Positions 59,330 to 64,000 of a stretch of DNA of 64,000 bases are shown here, piece by piece (positions within the stretch are counted from its first letter, which is position 1; the number at the start of each line of letters is the position of its first letter). This DNA is from Macrostomum lignano (lineage: Eukaryota): NCBI GenBank assembly GCA_002269645.1, contig NIVC01000042.1, positions 248,001-312,000 on the forward strand, given 5' to 3'. Under the pieces are notes generated by a model. It ran no database searches and had not been told where the DNA came from. It was given only the letters and a program-made list of their open reading frames with translations. Made by a program: the position numbers and the translations under genes.

Positions 59330-61560
59330 TCAAATGGTCCGTTTGTAAGATGGCTCGATCGCTTCGCTTCTTCCTCGAAAGACAGCAGTGCTCAAAAGTG
59401 GAAGGAGAGGCATCCACTTGCGAAGTGTCTTTCGAACAGCGCCAAGAAAATACAATGGATTTTCATTTTGCCAGGCTTCAGAATCAGTCGTCTCCTCTGC
59501 TTGATTGAATTCTGATACTGCTTCCACAACTTCCTCAAAAATCGCTGTAAAAGGCGAACTGCTTCGAAGGCTGTTTCTCTTCTTCTAGCATGTTAGGTAC
59601 ATTACTGTGACTGCCAGCATTGTCATCGTTCGTGAAATCGAGGTTGGTTTCTGCAAAAAATGAAGTAACAAGACGAACAAAAGAAACGAGAAAGGTTTTG
59701 CGACCGTCGTTTTGCTTGATGTCGATAGTCCGTGCAACAGCGTGCATTAAACGGGAACTACAAATAAAGACAAGCGGAGTCCCTGTTTTGCATCATTGTT
59801 GGTCAGGCGCTGATACTGTAAACAAAGATACTCCGTAATTGTCGTCTTACAAGCAGCACGTAGAACACCATAAATAAAGACCCAACTGAAATCGGTCACA
59901 AAGACTTGTGAGCCCTTGGTTGCAACTTCCCATTATTCCAAAGTCACAGTGGCGAGCGTAGTCACTTAAAAACCGTAGAAGCCAGCTCGAAATTTTTGTA
60001 AATTGTAAAACTCATTCAGTTACGGGTGTTTGTCACGTTATTGGTGTGGTGGCTGTAACCCTCAAAAGGGCCGTTTTGACGAGAATTACTTGTCACGTTA
60101 AGTCGTTGTAGTCCCAAATTAATTGTGAAGTCAAATTCTTGCGGAGCGGATTGTGTAGCGGAGCACTTGGCGTATAAAGGCAGAGGACTCCCGTAAGCTG
60201 GTTTATTGTCGTTAATAATATGGTTAATGTCACTACAAAGCTTATAGCGTTCTGGGGCACTGGCGGCTGCAACAATGGGTTGATGTAATTGAAATTATGA
60301 AGTCAAGTAGTTGACGAAGGATGCAGTGGCGACGCAACGTAGTAAGTAAGTGATGGCGGTCAGCACAGTGATGGCAGTGAGTAGCAAGTAGACAAGCAGA
60401 CAAGTAGTGGCGGGATTGGGCGTTAGCCCGTGGCAGTACAAGGTGGAGCAAGAATGTGTAAACAAGCCTGGCCCAGACGGAGTGGAGCCGTGGCGAGAGA
60501 TAAGGAGAGAGAAGGAAAGGAAGAAAAGGAAGGAACGCAAGAAACGCAAGGGAGGAACGCAAGGAACGCAAGGAAGGCAAGTGAAAACCCCCCAGTCCGC
60601 CGCCAGGCGGGGTTAATAAAGGAGTGCAGGAGGGTTAGCATAATATATGCGGAGAGTTATCATTGGCTGGCGGGGGGAAAAGCGAGGACTGAAATTATTG
60701 ATCGCGCGAGACCCTACAGACGTACGCAAAGATTACAATGTACGCAATGATTAGCAATTGATACAGATTCGTTGGGCGCTACTACAAGTAAACGTGAGAA
60801 TACGCGATTGGAGAATATTAAATGAGAAATTGTAGTGAAATTGTAGTCCAACGGCCCTTTTGCGGGACCACCTTAAACTGGCAACGTCACAGTGTTGCTA
60901 CAATTTTTGTGTTGAAATTACTGCACTACATAGTAATGGGCTACATGGAACATCCGCAGAGGGGCGAATTATCCCGCCAGTAGCATCGATGTGAATTGGT
61001 ACAAAATGATAATGAGCCAACGCATTCCGAAGAACGTCTAATTGCGTTGACATATACAGAATGACTCCTACTGGAACAGCTTCAATGTTCTGGATATATC
61101 CACAAACAGGGCCTTCACGATTCATGACCGAATTCCAAGCATGCCGTTGGATCAATAAGTCGTCTATGTTAGTCTTCGCTTTACAATCTATACCCTTTAC
61201 TCCACAGCAAGCTGTACGAACAGCGGCGAGAGAGCAGCTGTCGTCTCCAAATCGACGAACTGCCTCCTCGAAAATAGCAGTCGGCTGTGCCGCTTTACAA
61301 GTGGAACCAGCAGCGATGAAGTCTCTGCATTCTTTGGACCCCCGCTGCTATAAATACCTGCTATTGCTAGTGTTTTCTCGGACAGGCTCATGGCCATAGT
61401 GATTAGAAAGCTTTGAAAGACGAGCAATCCCAATCGTCAGTGGGAGCATTTTTCATAGTCACAGAAAAAGAAGCTCGACAACCGGAACCTTCAGCACATA
61501 CAATATACATCCACAAGAAGTTGCGATCTTTGCGAACGTTTTCTAGCCGAAACCAAGTTT
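59330..61560 (-). pseudogene. Decayed MULE-superfamily (NOF-like) DDE transposase, split by a solo LTR
   Basis: Fragments in several frames: CAEGSGC...HYGH zinc ribbon, GYIQNIEAVPVGVILY, PIHIDATGG (first D), VFVTDFSWVFI (second D), VFICSSRLMHAV (degenerate CxxH); multiple stops and frameshifts. Confidence 0.6.
60031..60891. mobile_element. Solo LTR, 861 bp
   Basis: Ends TGTCACGTT...AACGTCACA (8/9 inverted), 5-bp TSD GTGTT at 60026-60030 and 60892-60896; removing it rejoins transposase fragments. Confidence 0.75.
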
Positions 61561-62183
61561 TATTAATACTGAACTTTCCGAATTCATTGTTCTTTTTAAG
61601 GAGTGGAAGAACGACTTGAGATACTCAAGTTATTCGCAAAACGCCGGTATCATTGTCAAGATGCTGCCGAAACTGTTCTGCAGTCACGTAACTTAGCTCC
61701 ATGATGCGTACGCCCTACGAGTAGAGTATGCGGGCCTATTTTTAAGGTCGCAACAATTCTGAAATGCAAATATTGATGGCAAAATTTTTCTGCGCAGTTA
61801 GTTACCTGTGCGAACTAGACATTTGTATTGGGAAATCCCATTTTTCTTCGGTAGAGAAGAAAATTGTATTTGTTCCCATTCGGAAGGTAACAGTGGCACT
61901 TTCTTGCAGTTAAAGGCCATACCGAGTGGTTTTCAAACCGCTATGATTAATGGTATGTACAATTCCCGACAATAATTAATTTGTCCATCTTTGTCCAACT
62001 GTCACATCTTATAAAAAACAGATTGAAAGGAATGGAGTTTTGGTTTGTGTTTGGGTTGGAGTGGGTTTAATGTGTTTTGATGAGTGTGTTTAAGGACGAG
62101 TTTAAATAATTCTCTAGTAGAAATTGCCTACTGAACAAACCATATTTGACTGTCAGCTTCAAATACTAATTGAAGCGAAAAGA

Positions 62184-62229
62184 AACCGTAAAGACGGTCT
62201 CTAACTATTAGGACTCAATTTATTGCATG
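62184..62229 (+). other. Flatworm spliced-leader-like exon sequence AACCGTAAAGACGGTCTCTAACTATTAGGACTCAATTTATTGCATG, not followed by a GT donor
   Basis: Has the flatworm SL hallmarks (5' CCGT..ACGGT, 3' terminal ATG); 39/44 identical to the Macrostomum lignano SL as recalled (CCGTAAAGACGGTCTCTTACTGCGAAGACTCAATTTATTGCATG). Confidence 0.8.
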
Positions 62230-64000
62230 TCTATTTAAACGCTGAGCGTTTAAATAGCGCCGCCGCCTCCTGGTGCCGCCGCCAAGCATGCTAGCTGTGC
62301 GTTGTAAGGCCTCCACGCTGCGGCTGCGGCTGCCAAGAGCGGCACACCATCCACTCGGCGGGGCCGCCGAAGTGAGCGTCGATGCAAAGAACGGCGCCGT
62401 GAGCGAAATCGGCGTGGTCGAATTCGGGGACGCGGGCGACGAGCTGCAGGCAGCCGGCCCCTGCCAACTGGTGGTGCGGATCCGCTGGGTGGCGCCAGGG
62501 ACCGTGAGGTTCAAAATCACCGGACTCCAGCCTACCCAAAATGCGCACAGCAACAGCTTAGAATTGCTACCTGGAACTGCCAAACTTTGCGAGCAAAGTG
62601 GAGGCAACACCTTTTGGCCCAGCTTGCAGGCGACCTACAACTTGATATAATTATGCTGCAGGAGCTCTCCATCACGGCCGAGCCTGGGCTTCACCAGGAG
62701 AACATAGGCGGCGACTGGCTCCTGCAATACACATCAGCAGACTCGAAAGGGCGGGAAGGAATTGGCGTTCTAACCGGGCCGAGGCTTCAGCAAAGTACAC
62801 ACTGTGAGAGCCTCTCGCCGCGGCTTCTGCGCGTCGACATTCGACTCCGCAGGCGTAACATGCGGCTCTTCTGTGCCTATGCGCCCACGGCTGCGCGCCC
62901 TGAGGAGCACCGGCAGTTTCTGGAGTTCCTGTCAGCGCAGCTGGAGAAGACCGCTCAACGCGACACTGTACTGGTACTCGGAGACCTCAACGTTGTCATG
63001 CGAAGGTATGAGCGCGCTCGCTTTGTAACACCACGTGAAAACAACAACACTAATGCCCTAGTGGATTTCATGGACCGCCACAAACTGGTCTCAGCAAACG
63101 CGCTGTTCAGGAAGCCGCTTCACAGATTAGCAACATTTGCTGGCTGTAAACGGTCACGTTGGAAAGCGTCTGGAAAATTTGCTAGGAAGAGACTCGCACA
63201 GCTGGACCACGTGCTGCTTCGCCAGCGAGAACGACGACGAGTAACTAATGCGATACGGTGGCTCCGTTGGCAGTGCGGTCAGACCATAGGCTGCTCTACT
63301 GCGACCTGCGCCTGAGGGACCCGCTATATCGGCCACCGAAAAAAAAACAGCCAAAGCGCTACTTCCGCGCCCTACGCGACCCGGTTACAAGTGGCCGCTT
63401 CTGTCTGGCATTTGCCGAGGCGCTGGAAGAACGGCCGGATACAACAACCCCAGCCGAGTACTCGGACATCAGTGCCGCCATCCAAGCCGCCGCCAGCAAA
63501 ACTCTGCCGCTGGTGAAGCCAGCAGAAAGGAGTCGGCCAGTGTGGCAGAACGACGAAGTGCTGCGGCAGGCCCGGCTGACAGTGGAGAGACTGCGGAGGA
63601 GCGGACAGCCCGCGGAGAAGGAAGAGGAGACTCTAGCAGAGACATTTAAAGCCCGGTAGAGACCGCTATTCAGGAGATCACGGACGCCGGTCCCGACAAG
63701 AAACGCGTGCCGTCTGTTCGGTCGTCAACCAGCTGACAGGCCGCGAGAGACGCAACGCTCTGAAACTGGCGGCTGACACGCCCGAAGAGAGGCGAAACGA
63801 GCTGCGGACCTTCTTCTCTGGTATCGTCAACGCGCCCCCTTCGCCGCAAAGGGACATGTCATTGCCCACGGAGGTTGAGCTGCCAGATGAGAGCTCCATC
63901 ACCATCGACGAGGTGCTCCAACTTGCAAAGAAGACACCAGGCAACAAGGCTACTGGACCCGACGACGTGCCTGTCGAGGTGCTGCGCCTCCCTCAGGTCG
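62184..64000 (+). mobile_element. Non-LTR retrotransposon (APE endonuclease + RT, single-ORF, RTE-like layout), 5' part only, decayed
   Basis: RIATWNCQTL, DIIMLQE, CAYAPT, VLGDLN, LDHVLL, SDHRLL APE motifs; pre-RT motif GNKATGPDDVPVEVLR at the window end; frameshift near 63258, stop at 63657-63659. Confidence 0.9.

Noticed and set aside
62184-62260. Bona fide SL RNA gene
   Set aside because: No GT donor after the terminal ATG and no recognisable Sm-binding site downstream; LINE sequence follows instead

Overview
Eukaryotic (animal) genomic DNA, most likely a Macrostomum-type flatworm. This is inferred from a flatworm spliced-leader (SL)-like 46-mer at 62184-62229, GC-rich exons with poly-Q/A/P tracts, and introns filled with minisatellites. 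The first 43 kb holds nine spliced or single-exon host genes, all on the + strand: eIF3e, RIC-3, an FBXO42-like F-box/kelch gene, an unknown small gene, SETD1/Set1, a TMEM243-like gene, a DLK (MAP3K12/13)-like kinase, a MARCH-like RING-TM protein and a nicotinic acetylcholine receptor subunit. The last 20 kb is an accessory zone: a putative Mutator-like MITE, a minus-strand caspase-like gene split by a young Ty3/Gypsy element (196-bp LTRs, TTACT TSD), a decayed MULE/NOF-like transposase split by a solo LTR, and the 5' part of an APE-RT LINE. The most notable observations are: (1) the LINE begins with a complete SL sequence followed by a perfect hairpin; (2) the caspase-like gene appears to encode a tandem pseudo-caspase + caspase + coiled coil; (3) the nAChR gene has tandem-duplicated, probably mutually exclusive N-terminal exons, a loop C without vicinal cysteines, and an intronic array made of copies of an exon end plus splice donor; (4) RIC-3 and FBXO42 seem to lack their own start codon and would be in frame with the AUG at the end of a trans-spliced SL. 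Gene models were built by eye from GT/AG sites and reading phase; no database searches were run, and family assignments rest on recalled motifs.
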